The position numbers and the translations under genes were made by a program. 64,000 nucleotides of DNA from Candidatus Ligilactobacillus excrementigallinarum (GTDB lineage Bacteria; Bacillota; Bacilli; Lactobacillales; Lactobacillaceae): contig DXFP01000007.1 of assembly GCA_019114385.1 (NCBI GenBank), forward strand, positions 2,354-66,353. Direction: 5' to 3'. Below are positions 9,688 to 20,747 of this stretch, piece by piece (the stretch's first letter is position 1; the number at the start of each line of letters is the position of its first letter). Below the pieces are notes generated by a model. That model searched no databases. It was not told the DNA's origin and worked only from the letters and a program-made list of their open reading frames with translations.

Positions 9688-9728
9688 AAATACGTAAATT
9701 AGTTATTAATTATTAAGGAGAATTTGTA

Positions 9729-10682
9729 ATGAAAACTTTCGATTATCAAGATGTTCAGTTAATTCCGAACAAATGCATTTTAAAAAGTCGAAAAGAAGCT
9801 GATCCGCAAATTAAATTTGGACCGTTAACTTTTAAAATCCCCGTTGTTCCCGCTAACATGGCAAGTGTAATTGATGAAAATCTTGCCGCATGGTTAGCAG
9901 ACAACGGGTACTTTTATGTCATGCATCGTTTTAATCCTGAAGCTCGGTTTGATTTTGTGCGTAAAATGCATGAAAGTCATCGTTTCGCTTCAATTTCTAT
10001 CGGAATCAAAGATCAAGAATATCAATTAATCGATCAGTTAAAAGCAGCTGGACTTGAACCCGAATATATCACTGTTGACGTTGCTCATGGCCATTCAATT
10101 TATGCCATGAAGATGGTTGAATACCTTAAAAAACAATTACCAAATTCGTTTGTAATTGTCGGCAATATCGCTACTCCGCAAGCTGTCATTGATTTAGAAA
10201 ATGCTGGTGCAGATGCTACTAAAGTTGGGATTGGACCCGGTAAAGCCTGCATCACTAAATTGAAAACGGGATTTGGAACTGCTGGATGGCAGTTGTCAGC
10301 AATTCAGCAATGCAGTGCAGTAGCACGCAAACCAATCGTCGCTGATGGCGGTGTTCGTCATAATGGTGATATTGCTAAATCAATTCGATTTGGAGCTTCA
10401 ATGGTAATGATCGGCTCCTTATTCGCCGGACATCTGGAAAGTCCTGGAGAAATCGTTACCATTGATGACCAAAAATATAAAAAGTATTGGGGGTCAGCAT
10501 CCGCAATCCAAAAGCAAGATGTTCACAACGTTGAAGGTAAACAATTGCTCGTTCCGTATCGCGGTAAAATCGCTGATACGCTGCAAGAAATGGAAGAAGA
10601 TTTGCAGTCCGCTATTTCGTATGCTGGAGGCAAAGATTTGAGTGCGTTGCGTGGAGTAGAATATGTGATCACTAGAAGGTAA
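9729..10682 (+). CDS. guaC: GMP reductase
   Basis: IMPDH/GMPR TIM-barrel without a CBS insert, 317 aa, with the catalytic-loop region [20 protein letters not shown]. Confidence 0.85.
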   Translation: MKTFDYQDVQLIPNKCILKSRKEADPQIKFGPLTFKIPVVPANMASVIDENLAAWLADNGYFYVMHRFNPEARFDFVRKMHESHRFASISIGIKDQEYQLIDQLKAAGLEPEYITVDVAHGHSIYAMKMVEYLKKQLPNSFVIVGNIATPQAVIDLENAGADATKVGIGPGKACITKLKTGFGTAGWQLSAIQQCSAVARKPIVADGGVRHNGDIAKSIRFGASMVMIGSLFAGHLESPGEIVTIDDQKYKKYWGSASAIQKQDVHNVEGKQLLVPYRGKIADTLQEMEEDLQSAISYAGGKDLSALRGVEYVITRR

Positions 10683-10693
10683 AAAAGGTATAT

Positions 10694-10825
10694 TGTAAGG
10701 AAAGAACGCACGAATTACGCAAGATTGGTTCGGAGAATTTTGAACTTACAGACATGCCTGTTTGTTTTAAAACCCGATTATGTAGATATAAAAATTGAGG
10801 TTGGACTTATGTCACAACCTCTTTT
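10694..10825 (+). repeat. Family-1 repeat, copy B (sense to guaC; left hairpin missing)
   Basis: Core ACGCACGAATTACGCAAGATTGGTTCGGAG, then ACAGACATGCCTGTTTGTTTTAAAACCCGATTATGTAGATATAAAAAT, then hairpin GAGGTTGGACTTATGTCACAACCTC and a T-run. Confidence 0.9.
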
Positions 10826-10902
10826 TATTTATTATTTTTGTTGACAAGCAACAAAAATAATAATATGATATTCAGTGAAATTAATGAGAGAGGATTTTTT
10901 TA

Positions 10903-11526
10903 ATGGCAAAATTATTAGTAATTAAGGCTCACCCACATGTTGAAAAAAGTACATCAATTACAGTTGGAGATTACTTTATTGAACAATACAAAAAATTCCA
11001 CCCTGAAGATAAAATTATCGTACGTGATTTGTATGCCGCTCCTGTCCCTCCAATCAACAATACAACTGTCCAAGCTTGGAAACACCAACGGCAAAACCAA
11101 CCGCTTACTAATGAGGAGCAACAATTAATTTCAGAACATAATCAATGGTTACAAGAATTTATGGACGCAGATAAATTTGTTTTCGTAAATCCGATGTATA
11201 ACCTCTTTATTCCTGCAGAAATGAAACAATATATCGATGTCATTGCTGTTCCACGAAAAACATTCAAATACACAGAGCACGGTCCAGTCGGTTTGCTTCA
11301 TAATAAAAAAATCTTACACATTCAATCTGCTGGAAATGTATACCACGGCACTCCATTAGAAAAATATGATATTGGTAATCAATACTTGCGCGGAGTAGCC
11401 ATGCTTTGCGGAATTACTGATTTTACCAGCATTTATGTTGAAGGCGTAGATAAAAATCCTGCTGAACGTGATACAATTATTAAGGAGGCCGAAAAAGAGG
11501 CTCAATCAATCGCAAAGGATTTTTAA
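10903..11526 (+). CDS. azoR: FMN-dependent NADH-azoreductase
   Basis: 207 aa flavodoxin-like fold. The N-terminus MAKLLVIKAHP and overall AzoR/AcpD family pattern fit. Confidence 0.8.
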   Translation: MAKLLVIKAHPHVEKSTSITVGDYFIEQYKKFHPEDKIIVRDLYAAPVPPINNTTVQAWKHQRQNQPLTNEEQQLISEHNQWLQEFMDADKFVFVNPMYNLFIPAEMKQYIDVIAVPRKTFKYTEHGPVGLLHNKKILHIQSAGNVYHGTPLEKYDIGNQYLRGVAMLCGITDFTSIYVEGVDKNPAERDTIIKEAEKEAQSIAKDF

Positions 11527-11532
11527 AATAAA

Positions 11533-12012
11533 ATGAAGAAAAATCAAATTAACCAGATTTCAATTTTAATTTCACAAATTCAACATCAAAATAACGAAAG
11601 TGCCACAGTTGGCCAGCAATGGATGTTAAAGCATCTAACAGACACAAAATTCGAAAAAATTATCACTAAAATTTCAGTTGTCGCCTATCATATTTTAGAT
11701 GCGCTTAATCCGGATGCTGAACTGACGGGCTCACAACTAGCTGAACAACTAATGGTCACCCGCAGCGGTATTACTCGTGCAGCACGGACTCTACAAAAAT
11801 TCAGTTTAATTACTGCTGTTCGCCATCCAGATAACAAAAAAAATATTTATTATCATTTAACTGCTGATGGGCAAATATTAGCTCAATTGCACGGTGAAAT
11901 GCATGCTGAATTATATGCAGAAGTTCAAAATCAAATCAGTAACGATTTTTCAGAAGAAGAACTTGATTCGATTATCCGGTTCTTAACTTACATTCAAAAA
12001 AGCATTATTTAA
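11533..12012 (+). CDS. MarR-family transcriptional regulator
   Basis: 159 aa with a winged-helix region (LAEQLMVTRSGITRAARTLQKFSLI). Adjacent to azoR and probably co-transcribed with it. Confidence 0.7.
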   Translation: MKKNQINQISILISQIQHQNNESATVGQQWMLKHLTDTKFEKIITKISVVAYHILDALNPDAELTGSQLAEQLMVTRSGITRAARTLQKFSLITAVRHPDNKKNIYYHLTADGQILAQLHGEMHAELYAEVQNQISNDFSEEELDSIIRFLTYIQKSII

Positions 12013-12025
12013 TATGATAATATAC

Positions 12026-12069
12026 AAAAAAGTCGACTCTAGAAGTTCAGCTTTTGAGTCGACTTTTTG
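12026..12069. terminator. Bidirectional intrinsic terminator between the marR-like gene and a gntR-like gene
   Basis: AAAAA-AGTCGACTC-16 nt loop-GAGTCGACT-TTTTT. A perfect 9-bp stem flanked by an A-run and a T-run. Confidence 0.8.
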
Positions 12070-12795
12070 CTATTCTACACTCACAAATGAGTTATATTTC
12101 ATATATTTATAATGCAGCCGCATATTTGAAAATTCTAATGGGGTACCATTGTCTAAGAAAAAAATTCCCTCCATTACCCCTACTGGTTCATTAGGCTTTA
12201 ATTGTAACAATTCTTGATCCTTATCAGTTGATGGTTCAGCAAAAACTGACATAAATGATTTTGAAACAGATTGTTTTAATTCTGCTTGAACATAATCAAA
12301 AATTGATTTTTCCAATACATTGCTGCTTAATTTAGGCAATAACTTAATTGGAATATAGCCGGTTTCAATCATGAATGGCTGGTCATCAAAAAATCGCAAC
12401 CGTTCAATTTTATAAACAAAGTCCTCTTCATTTAAAAACAAATCACGCTGTAATTCTTTTGTAGGACGCATTACATCAAATCCTAAAACTTTAACAGTGG
12501 GTTTTTCTCCATTCAGCTGAAAGTTGTCTGAAACCCCTAAGTTTTTTCCAGAACCATAATTAAAAACTGATTCATTCTTTAAATACAAAGGATTGATAAA
12601 AGTTCCTGAACCACGCTTTTTAAAAATGATGCCGTCACTGGCCATCCTGCTCAATGCCCGCTTGATTGAACTTCGGCTTACGTCATATTGTTGGGCTAAG
12701 CTGCGTTCATCCGGTAATTTCATATCTGGAAATTGATTGGCAAAAATTTTCTGCTTTAAATCAGAAATAATATGTTGGTAAATTAATTCAACCAT
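12070..12795 (-). CDS. GntR-family regulator (HTH plus UTRA effector domain)
   Basis: N-terminal LPDERSLAQQYDVSRSSIKRAL wHTH and a C-terminal UTRA-type domain. 241 aa. Confidence 0.8.
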   Translation of the reverse strand: MVELIYQHIISDLKQKIFANQFPDMKLPDERSLAQQYDVSRSSIKRALSRMASDGIIFKKRGSGTFINPLYLKNESVFNYGSGKNLGVSDNFQLNGEKPTVKVLGFDVMRPTKELQRDLFLNEEDFVYKIERLRFFDDQPFMIETGYIPIKLLPKLSSNVLEKSIFDYVQAELKQSVSKSFMSVFAEPSTDKDQELLQLKPNEPVGVMEGIFFLDNGTPLEFSNMRLHYKYMKYNSFVSVE

Positions 12796-13073
12796 AAATG
12801 TAACTCCTTAAAACATTGCTATCTTAATTTAAGCATACGAAACAAATGTTGACAAATGAAATCTTAACTATCTTAATTAATGCAATTCAAAAATAAAAAG
12901 TATATAATCAAAGATGGTTAATTTGTTTCTATTTTGAGAAATAAATTTAAAATACATAAAGAATGCGAATTGGGAATTACAAGCAATCAAATTAATGCTT
13001 AATTGATTATCCCAACAATTTGCACAACAGAAGATTGTAATGTTCTACATTGCATCTTGATTAGGAGGATATT

Positions 13074-14075
13074 ATGGCATCAGTATTAGTTGTAGGTGGA
13101 GCCGGCTACATCGGTTCACACATGGTTGACCGTTTAATCGAAAACGGTGAAAACACTGTCGTTGTCGATAACTTATCTACAGGCCACCGTGCTGCAGTTA
13201 GCGACAAGGCAAAATTCTACGAAGGCGACGTTGCTGATAAAGATTTCATGCGGAACGTCTTCAAAGAAAATCCGGATATTGACACTGTAATTCATTTTGC
13301 TGCATATTCATTAGTTGGTGAATCAATGCACAAACCTTTGAAATACTTTGACAACAATGTTGCCGGATTAGTTAAATTACTTGAAGTGATGAAGGAAGTT
13401 GGCGTTAAGAACTTAGTATTCTCATCATCAGCTGCAACATATGGTATTCCAGATCACATGCCTATCAAGGAATCAGATCCACAAAATCCTATCAACCCTT
13501 ACGGTGAAAGTAAGTTAATGATGGAAAAGATTATGAAGTGGGCTGATGAAGCTTATGGTATCAAGTACGTTGCATTGCGGTACTTCAACGTTGCTGGTGC
13601 AAAGCCAGATGGATCAATTGGTGAAGACCATGGTCCAGAAACTCACTTAGTACCAATTATCTTACAAGTTGCTTTAGGCGAACGTGAAAAATTACAAATC
13701 TACGGTGACGACTACAATACTCCAGATGGTACAAACATTCGTGATTACGTTCACCCATACGATTTAGCAGACGCTCACATTTTAGCTATGAACTACTTGC
13801 GTGAAGGTAATCCTTCAGATGCCTTCAACTTAGGTTCATCAACCGGTTTCTCAAACTTGGAAATGTTGAAAGCAGCTCGTGAAGTTACAGGTAAAGAAAT
13901 CCCAGCTGAGATTGCCGGCCGGCGCGGCGGCGACCCTGATTCATTAGTTGCTGCTTCTGACAAAGCCCGCAAAGTCTTAGGTTGGGAACCAAAATACGAC
14001 GATGTTCACAGCTTAATCGAAACGGCATGGGCATGGCACTCAAAACATCCACATGGTTTTGAAGATCGTGACTAA
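13074..14075 (+). CDS. galE: UDP-glucose 4-epimerase
   Basis: GGAGYIGSH Rossmann motif and catalytic YGESK. RBS AGGAGG. Confidence 0.93.
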   Translation: MASVLVVGGAGYIGSHMVDRLIENGENTVVVDNLSTGHRAAVSDKAKFYEGDVADKDFMRNVFKENPDIDTVIHFAAYSLVGESMHKPLKYFDNNVAGLVKLLEVMKEVGVKNLVFSSSAATYGIPDHMPIKESDPQNPINPYGESKLMMEKIMKWADEAYGIKYVALRYFNVAGAKPDGSIGEDHGPETHLVPIILQVALGEREKLQIYGDDYNTPDGTNIRDYVHPYDLADAHILAMNYLREGNPSDAFNLGSSTGFSNLEMLKAAREVTGKEIPAEIAGRRGGDPDSLVAASDKARKVLGWEPKYDDVHSLIETAWAWHSKHPHGFEDRD

Positions 14076-14091
14076 TTAATTAAAAATAAAA

Positions 14092-14257
14092 GAAGGTGTG
14101 ACAAAACACCTTAAACAGGCATGTTGCAAGGAAAAAACGAACGAATTACGTAGGATTGATTCGGAGTTTTTTTGAATTTACAAACATGCCTGTTTGTTTT
14201 GGAAACCGATTATGCGGATATAAAAATAGAGGTTGGACTTATATCACAACCTCTTTT
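14092..14257 (+). repeat. Family-1 repeat, copy C (full length, sense to galE)
   Basis: GAAGGTGTGACAAAACACCTT; long stem AAACAGGCATGTT...AACATGCCTGTTT; core ACGAACGAATTACGTAGGATTGATTCGGAG; right hairpin AGAGGTTGGACTTATATCACAACCTCT plus a T-run. Confidence 0.92.
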
Positions 14258-14261
14258 GATT

Positions 14262-14437
14262 TATGGAAAACTATTTGATTGCATTACTGCTTAAAAGTTG
14301 AGCTTCGAGCTACCAAGCTAAATGTAAGTCCGAAACACTCCGAATTTTGGCTCCGCCATTCGTTCGTGTTCCTCAGCTTACATCACGCTTGGCTTAACGC
14401 TCTTCACATCCTAGTAGTTGAGTTCCGGCCTAACTTG
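14262..14437 (-). repeat. Family-2 repeat, copy c (full length, sense to cls); fused tail-to-tail with copy C
   Basis: Minus strand AGGATGTGAAGAGCGTTAAGCCAAGCGTGATGTAAGCTGAGGAACACGAACGAATGGCGGAGCCAAAATTCGGAG...GGACTTACATTTAGCTTGG...AACTTTTAAGCAGTAATGCAATCAAATAGTTTTCC. Confidence 0.88.
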
Positions 14438-15895
14438 CTATAAAGTAGGTGACAACAATCTTGAGAAATATTGCTTAAACTTCCGCCAACGCGACTGCTT
14501 TTCAAAATATTCTGGCGTCAACAATGTACATTTTTCCAAATCCTTCTCATAGATTTCCTTCAACTGTTGCGTCAAATCAGCATCATAACAAAATGCATTA
14601 CATTCAAAGTTCAATTTGAAACTTCTAAAATCTAAGTTAGCTGAACCTACCGAAGAAATCGTATCATCCGTAATCATCGTCTTCGCATGCAAAAATCCAT
14701 TATCATACCGGTAAACCTTAACCCCATTGTTTACTAAGTACTTGGCATAATATTCCGTTGCTCGATAAACAAATGGATGATCAGGTTTGCATGGAATCAT
14801 AATACGTACATCTACTCCAGACAATGCCGCAATTACCAACGATTCAATGACCGAATCATCTGGAATCAAGTATGGCGTTTGAATGTATAAGTAATCTTGG
14901 GCTGTTGAAATAATTTTTTGATAGCCCCGCTTGATTGATTGCCGCTCGCTATCCGGACCAGATGAAACGATTTGCATCTTCGTCTTTCCATGTCCTTCAA
15001 AGACTGGAAAATATTTCTTTTCAAATTCAAAGCGTTTCTTCGTTGTCCGCCGACAAGTTGTATTCCAATCCATCATAAACCGCGCCTGCATTTGAATAAC
15101 TGCCATGCCGTATACCCGCATGTGTGTATCACGCCAGTAACCATATTTTTCAAGTCGACCCAAATATTGATCACCAATATTAAATCCGCCAATATATCCG
15201 GTCTTGCCATCAATAATTACTAACTTACGGTGATCATGATAGTTTAATCGCGGAGTTGTGATAATTTGTTTTTCAGAACTTGAAATGAAACCTTGTGCTT
15301 CGCCGCCAAGTTCTTCTAACTTCTTGAAAAATTTATAATTTGTTCCGCTTGATCCCCACATATCATAAAGTACCCGCACTTCTACGCCGCGCGCAGCCGC
15401 ATTTTCTAATGCATGTAATACTTCATGACCAATGTCATCTGCGTAGAATGTATAAAATTCCACATGAATACTTTCTTGTGCACTTTTAATGTCTGCTAAC
15501 AAAGAATCAAAGAAATCTTGCCCGTCAGTAAATAATTTCGTTTGATTATTTGTAGTTAAATATGCACCTTCAGATTCTAAAAATAGATGCTCCAGTTCGC
15601 GTTCCTGCTGCGTACTGTGCTTATCCAAATCCCTCTTTTGCCACATTTCTTTTTGACGTTTAGTTAATGAATTGATAACTTTTTCCTGTTCTTTCTGGAT
15701 GGTAAAAATTTTGTCGTGCGAAATTTTACGTCCAACAAACAAGTATAAAATGAAACCGAAAATTGGAATAAAGACCAATACCAGTAACCATGCCCAAGTA
15801 GTTGAAATGTCGCGTTTTTCATGAAATACCGTAATAATTGCGGCTAATAAGTTCAATAGCCAAACAATAAGTACAATAAACCCAAACGTTTGCAA
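14438..15895 (-). CDS. cls: Cardiolipin synthase
   Basis: Two HKD motifs (HDHRKLVIIDG and HAKTMITDD) and two N-terminal TM helices. TTG start lies 6 nt after AAAGGAGAGG. Confidence 0.92.
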   Translation of the reverse strand: MQTFGFIVLIVWLLNLLAAIITVFHEKRDISTTWAWLLVLVFIPIFGFILYLFVGRKISHDKIFTIQKEQEKVINSLTKRQKEMWQKRDLDKHSTQQERELEHLFLESEGAYLTTNNQTKLFTDGQDFFDSLLADIKSAQESIHVEFYTFYADDIGHEVLHALENAAARGVEVRVLYDMWGSSGTNYKFFKKLEELGGEAQGFISSSEKQIITTPRLNYHDHRKLVIIDGKTGYIGGFNIGDQYLGRLEKYGYWRDTHMRVYGMAVIQMQARFMMDWNTTCRRTTKKRFEFEKKYFPVFEGHGKTKMQIVSSGPDSERQSIKRGYQKIISTAQDYLYIQTPYLIPDDSVIESLVIAALSGVDVRIMIPCKPDHPFVYRATEYYAKYLVNNGVKVYRYDNGFLHAKTMITDDTISSVGSANLDFRSFKLNFECNAFCYDADLTQQLKEIYEKDLEKCTLLTPEYFEKQSRWRKFKQYFSRLLSPTL

Positions 15896-15986
15896 AAATT
15901 GCCTCTCCTTTACTGTAAAATCTGTATATTATTATTTTACCAAAAGGGAAACATTCCTGAAACCAAGTAACTGAGCATTTTAAAAA

Positions 15987-16871
15987 TTATTTGTTTTCTT
16001 TGTTATTTTTATCATCATTTTGTTGTGGAACTGGCCCGCCTTGTCCCGGATTGTCCAAAATATATTTTTGAATCAAATCTACAATTTGCTGATTTTGTGG
16101 TAAATCTGAATGTTCGGCATCCACTCCAGTAACCGTCACTTCAGTATAATGTTTGACCTGGCCTTGATAAACATATTTTTCGGCTTCCACACTATTTAAA
16201 GGTACTAAGCCGTCTGAATCATAATTTTCAGTTCCAGCAACTGAATAAACTGTAAGATTCTTAGGAATTTTCTTCTTCGCTTTGATAAAATCAGCTAACA
16301 TCTGAGTCTTATATTTCAAATTCGATTCACCAAAGTTAAATGGCGAACCGATTGTCATCAAGCTAGTCATTCGGACATCATAATTATCATAATATTTTTC
16401 CAAAAATGCAGTATAAACTAATCCGCCATTAGAATGTCCAATTGCTTTATAGTTATTAAAATAATATCGCTTTTGCAACGACTTGAATGCCGCATTAAAC
16501 ATCTTTGCCTGCTCTAAAATATTGCTGTAACCATCATGATTATTTTGAAAACCAACAACGATAATCGGCTCATTATCACCAGAGCGAATCTTACCGTAGT
16601 ATTTAATTTTGCCGTCATTAAATACTTTGACTTTTAACAAACTATGATTTTGATGATCCTTTTCATTCAATAATTTCACCATATCATCAAAGCGATTGAC
16701 CGTGGCTGAACTTCCTGGAATCATAATCACTGGTGACAGCCGTGAATTTTGCCATCGTCCTAAATCATGAATATTTTTCTTTGTCCAAAGATAAGATGGA
16801 ATCGCCAAAATTGTTAAAATCACAACGGCCACAATCAAAACTATTCGACTTCGTTTTCGATTAACTTTCAT
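15987..16871 (-). CDS. Membrane-anchored alpha/beta hydrolase (DUF915-type cell-surface hydrolase)
   Basis: N-terminal TM anchor, PVIMIPGSSAT and the GHSNGG nucleophile elbow. Confidence 0.7.
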   Translation of the reverse strand: MKVNRKRSRIVLIVAVVILTILAIPSYLWTKKNIHDLGRWQNSRLSPVIMIPGSSATVNRFDDMVKLLNEKDHQNHSLLKVKVFNDGKIKYYGKIRSGDNEPIIVVGFQNNHDGYSNILEQAKMFNAAFKSLQKRYYFNNYKAIGHSNGGLVYTAFLEKYYDNYDVRMTSLMTIGSPFNFGESNLKYKTQMLADFIKAKKKIPKNLTVYSVAGTENYDSDGLVPLNSVEAEKYVYQGQVKHYTEVTVTGVDAEHSDLPQNQQIVDLIQKYILDNPGQGGPVPQQNDDKNNKENK

Positions 16872-16883
16872 TTTTATTCCCCA

Positions 16884-18206
16884 CTATTTATCCAGATTGA
16901 TTCGTTGCTGTTCCATTTCAGTTTCAATTTTTTCTGATAATTTAACAAATGGAGTATAGATAATTACATCAATCATAATTACCAGTACTCCAACCAGCAA
17001 AGCAACAAAGTTTCCACCCGTTCCAATAAATGCATTCAATACACTTGGCGTTTCTAGCGGCGTAGGATATGTGACTGGTGGCATAATTTTCAGATAAATC
17101 GCCAACGCTGCAATCAACATGTTGACTACCGGCGTAAGCACAAATGGAATCAAATAAACCACATTAAACATTACTGGCGCACCTAATAAGATCGATTGAT
17201 TAGTGTTGAATAACACTGGAAAAATCGACCAGCGTGCAACTTTATGATACCGTGAAGTTCGCGCCACAATGATAATCGCAATTACCAATGCTAAAGTCGA
17301 ACCTACTCCGCCAAAAGTCCCAAAACTGTGATACAACGTGGTTTGAGTATATTTGTATGGAACATTCCACGCACTATTATGTTTTAACGCATAAGTTGAA
17401 TCCGCAATCGCAGCCGGATCCGAATTATAGATCTGCTGTGCCTTATATGGACCACTAAGCCCCATCCATGCTAAAAAGCTTGACCATGCACCTAACAAAA
17501 CTGTCGATAGTAAACCATGCTTCTTAGACGACAAGTTTTGATAGTAAGCTGAGATTGCTGTTGGAACTTGATACCGGTACAATTGCAAAATCAGTTGGTT
17601 AATTAAAATTGCCAGCGTTAACGTAATCAATATTGGTAAAATCGTATGATATGCGCGATCAAAGCCTTGCATTTCAACTTGAGTTTCGTCTTTGTGCTCT
17701 GCATAGCGTTGCACTAAATGAAAAATTTGACCCGTAGCATACCCGACAACAATGCCGATAAAGAGTCCTTGAATACCCATCAATCGCGTATTCACAGCAA
17801 ATTTCAAAAATGTTTGGGTATCATATTGCTGCTGAATTGGCTGCAAAGCAATCAATAGAAAGGCAATCATGCCTGTCATGCCTGACATTTCAATATTCTT
17901 TCGATAAATACGTGCAGTATGAACTGCTGCTTGATAAGCTGCCAAGACCGCAATAATTTTGACAGTTAACATGCTGAACGCTGAAAACATCGACCGAATC
18001 CGTGCCACATGCGGCAGCCATTTTGTAATATAAAAAATATTTCCAATAAAACCAGCACTCGACAAAATCGACACATTAATAACTGAAGCAATGCTGCCCA
18101 ATGCAGCAAATGGGAACAGCATAATCATCGTTTGCCGAACTACCCTTACAAATGAGTTTTGGGAAGTTTTAATCCCGAAACGAACTAATTTTTGGGGAAA
18201 TTCCAT
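16884..18206 (-). CDS. PTS EIIC component (lactose/cellobiose family), orphan
   Basis: 440 aa polytopic protein. The N-terminus (GIKTSQNSFVRVVRQTMIMLFP) resembles the EIIC-lac/cel family. No EIIA or EIIB gene is nearby. Confidence 0.75.
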   Translation of the reverse strand: MEFPQKLVRFGIKTSQNSFVRVVRQTMIMLFPFAALGSIASVINVSILSSAGFIGNIFYITKWLPHVARIRSMFSAFSMLTVKIIAVLAAYQAAVHTARIYRKNIEMSGMTGMIAFLLIALQPIQQQYDTQTFLKFAVNTRLMGIQGLFIGIVVGYATGQIFHLVQRYAEHKDETQVEMQGFDRAYHTILPILITLTLAILINQLILQLYRYQVPTAISAYYQNLSSKKHGLLSTVLLGAWSSFLAWMGLSGPYKAQQIYNSDPAAIADSTYALKHNSAWNVPYKYTQTTLYHSFGTFGGVGSTLALVIAIIIVARTSRYHKVARWSIFPVLFNTNQSILLGAPVMFNVVYLIPFVLTPVVNMLIAALAIYLKIMPPVTYPTPLETPSVLNAFIGTGGNFVALLVGVLVIMIDVIIYTPFVKLSEKIETEMEQQRINLDK

Positions 18207-18320
18207 CTATAAATACCTGATTTCTTATTTATTAACTTAATTATACAATTAAAAATACCTTGAACCTACTATCTGCATAAAAAATTCAGTAAATTCAAGG
18301 TATATTCAAATATTATTTTT

Positions 18321-20525
18321 TTAATGACGATTTAAAGCCTTAAAATGATATTTCTTTGAAGCGTAATCATGGTGATAAAGCGGATTGAAGAACCCCATAT
18401 ACATCAATTCATCACCGCCGTAAATTTTTTTCGTTTCTAAATCTTGATACTGTTTATTCGGATCCAAGTTCACCAGTTTAGTAATTGTGGATAATGGTTG
18501 TGCACTGCTCATAGTTTGGAAAGTATCCACAACCACTTCATTTTGGTCCGGTGAAACAAACATCCAAGCACAGCCGTTATCCTCAAATGGACTAGTCAAT
18601 CGGTAAAAGTCACCAAATTGAATTAAATGCCGCACACTTTTGTACCATTCAACTTGCTTTTTGACTTCAGCCTGTTCTTCTGCACTCATTTGAGTCAAAT
18701 CTAATTCATACCCAAAAATCGCACTCATTGCACAAGTTGCTCGTGTTTCCAGTGAAGTAATTCGACCAGTTTGTTGATTAGGTGCCACTGATACATGGGC
18801 AGTCATTACTGATGGCGGATATACCAATGAGGTTGCGTATTGAATCCGTTGACGTGCAACTGCATCCGTATTATCACTAGTCCATGTTTGTGGCATGTAG
18901 TACGTAATTCCCATATCGAAGCGACCGCCGCCGCCTGAACAACCTTCAAAAAGAATATCTGGGAAATCAGCAGTTAATTTTTCTAACATTGCATATAAGC
19001 CTAATACATAGCGGTGATATACTTCACCTTGTTGATCAGCCGGCAGGGCTTGTGAATAAATATCTGACAAATGCCGATTCATATCCCATTTGACATAATC
19101 AACCGCATTTTCACGCAAAACCTTTTCAACTTGATTAATGATATTTTCGCGGACATCTTCACGAGTCAAATCTAACAAATATTCATTTCGTGATGGCGAT
19201 GGTGCTCGATTAGGAACTTGCATCAAATAGTCTGGATGTTCCCGATATAAATCAGAATCAAAGGAAATCATTTCAGGTTCAAACCATAAACCGAATTTCA
19301 ATCCTTGATCATGCACATAATCTACGAAGTGTCGTAATCCATCTGGAAACTTCCGCTTATCAACATACCAATCACCCAAGGATGAATTATCATCATCACG
19401 GTGACCAAACCAGCCGTCATCCAAAACAAACATTTCAATGCCTAATTTTTTCGCGTCATCCACAATTGGCTTCAACTGATCTTCAGTAAAGTCCATGAAA
19501 GTTGCTTCCCAGTTGTTAACTAAAATTGGCCGGTCCATGTTTTGGAAACGACTGCGGACAATTCGCTCTTTAATTAAGTGATGGAATGTTTGACTCATGC
19601 CATTTAATCCAGTTGGTGAATATACCATAACTGCTTCTGGAGTTTGAAATGTTTCATGTGCCTTTAATTTCCAACTGAAATTGTAATCATTAATTCCTGC
19701 AACGACTCTGGTTTGTTGAATTGGATCGCGTTCAACTTCAAATTTGAAATTGCCAGAATAGATCAAACTAAACCCATATACATCGCCTTGGTCTTCAGTG
19801 GCATCGGGAGACGTTAAAGCGATAAAGTTGTTCATTTGGTGACTAGTTGATCCCCGCCGGCTTTCAAAACTGCGTAAACCGCGATTCAACCGTGAACGTT
19901 CCATTTGTCGTTCAGAAGCATGTGCTCCAGGTAAATTAATTACATCGAATTTTTGATTTGGAAAATCAATTTGCATTGAAGCAATCTTTTTCAAAAAGAC
20001 TTCATTATCACTTTGATTTTCAACTTTGACTGAACGGGTAACTAATGCTCGATCTTCGTAGATAGTGTACAGCAAGTCTAATTTCATTTGAGTAACTTCA
20101 TCTCTCAAAGTTACAATCAATGTTTGGGCTTCACTGTCATTTTCAGTAAATGCACTTGGAAGTCCGTCTAACATTGGTTTTCCAGCTTGAATTTCATATG
20201 AATCAAACTGGAAGCGACTGCTATATGAACCATCTGCCTGACGTACAATCACTGCAGGTGTCCGATAGTCATCAATTCCGCTTGAGCTATATTCCTGCAA
20301 CAATGTGTCAGGTGAAAATGTCCGATCTAACGAACCAGGTAAGTTACCAGAAAAGCCGCGATCCGCACGTTGATATTTCATTAAGCCGTGATATTGCTTT
20401 ACTCGTTTACCAAAGTACAAGTGGCTTAATAATCCGCCTTCTTCTACTTGGAAAATATACGAAATCAAGTCATTATGCAAATGGAATGTCTTTGTGTTCT
20501 CGTCAAATTCAACTAAATTAGTCAT
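18321..20525 (-). CDS. melA: Alpha-galactosidase (GH36)
   Basis: 734 aa with DYVKWDMNR and FEGCSGGGGRFD GH36 catalytic motifs. RBS GAAAGGGGA. Confidence 0.92.
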   Translation of the reverse strand: MTNLVEFDENTKTFHLHNDLISYIFQVEEGGLLSHLYFGKRVKQYHGLMKYQRADRGFSGNLPGSLDRTFSPDTLLQEYSSSGIDDYRTPAVIVRQADGSYSSRFQFDSYEIQAGKPMLDGLPSAFTENDSEAQTLIVTLRDEVTQMKLDLLYTIYEDRALVTRSVKVENQSDNEVFLKKIASMQIDFPNQKFDVINLPGAHASERQMERSRLNRGLRSFESRRGSTSHQMNNFIALTSPDATEDQGDVYGFSLIYSGNFKFEVERDPIQQTRVVAGINDYNFSWKLKAHETFQTPEAVMVYSPTGLNGMSQTFHHLIKERIVRSRFQNMDRPILVNNWEATFMDFTEDQLKPIVDDAKKLGIEMFVLDDGWFGHRDDDNSSLGDWYVDKRKFPDGLRHFVDYVHDQGLKFGLWFEPEMISFDSDLYREHPDYLMQVPNRAPSPSRNEYLLDLTREDVRENIINQVEKVLRENAVDYVKWDMNRHLSDIYSQALPADQQGEVYHRYVLGLYAMLEKLTADFPDILFEGCSGGGGRFDMGITYYMPQTWTSDNTDAVARQRIQYATSLVYPPSVMTAHVSVAPNQQTGRITSLETRATCAMSAIFGYELDLTQMSAEEQAEVKKQVEWYKSVRHLIQFGDFYRLTSPFEDNGCAWMFVSPDQNEVVVDTFQTMSSAQPLSTITKLVNLDPNKQYQDLETKKIYGGDELMYMGFFNPLYHHDYASKKYHFKALNRH

Positions 20526-20547
20526 TTATGTTTCCCCTTTCGCACAA

Positions 20548-20561
20548 AGTAAGCGCTTTCT
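20548..20561. promoter_or_regulatory. cre (CcpA) operator in the alpha-galactosidase leader
   Basis: AGTAAGCGCTTTCT (reverse complement AGAAAGCGCTTACT) is a near-perfect match to the palindromic cre consensus TGWAANCGNTNWCA. It lies 23 nt upstream of the start codon. Confidence 0.65.
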
Positions 20562-20747
20562 GATTACATGATTTATGATAACAAAATAGCAAGGTCAAAT
20601 GCAACCTTGCCGTGAATATTGGAAAAGGAGAAATTAAACACTTTCTAATTTTATCAAGAAAATTTTTCTCTTTTTTACAAATTGAAAATTAGTAATTTTA
20701 ATATTGCAACTTTCTGCTTTGCATATGCACGATCGTCCTTAACTTTA

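Noticed and set aside
13030-13060. cre-like palindrome TGTAATGTTCTACA upstream of galE
   Set aside because: The central CG of the cre consensus is missing (TGTT). It may be an unrelated small palindrome.
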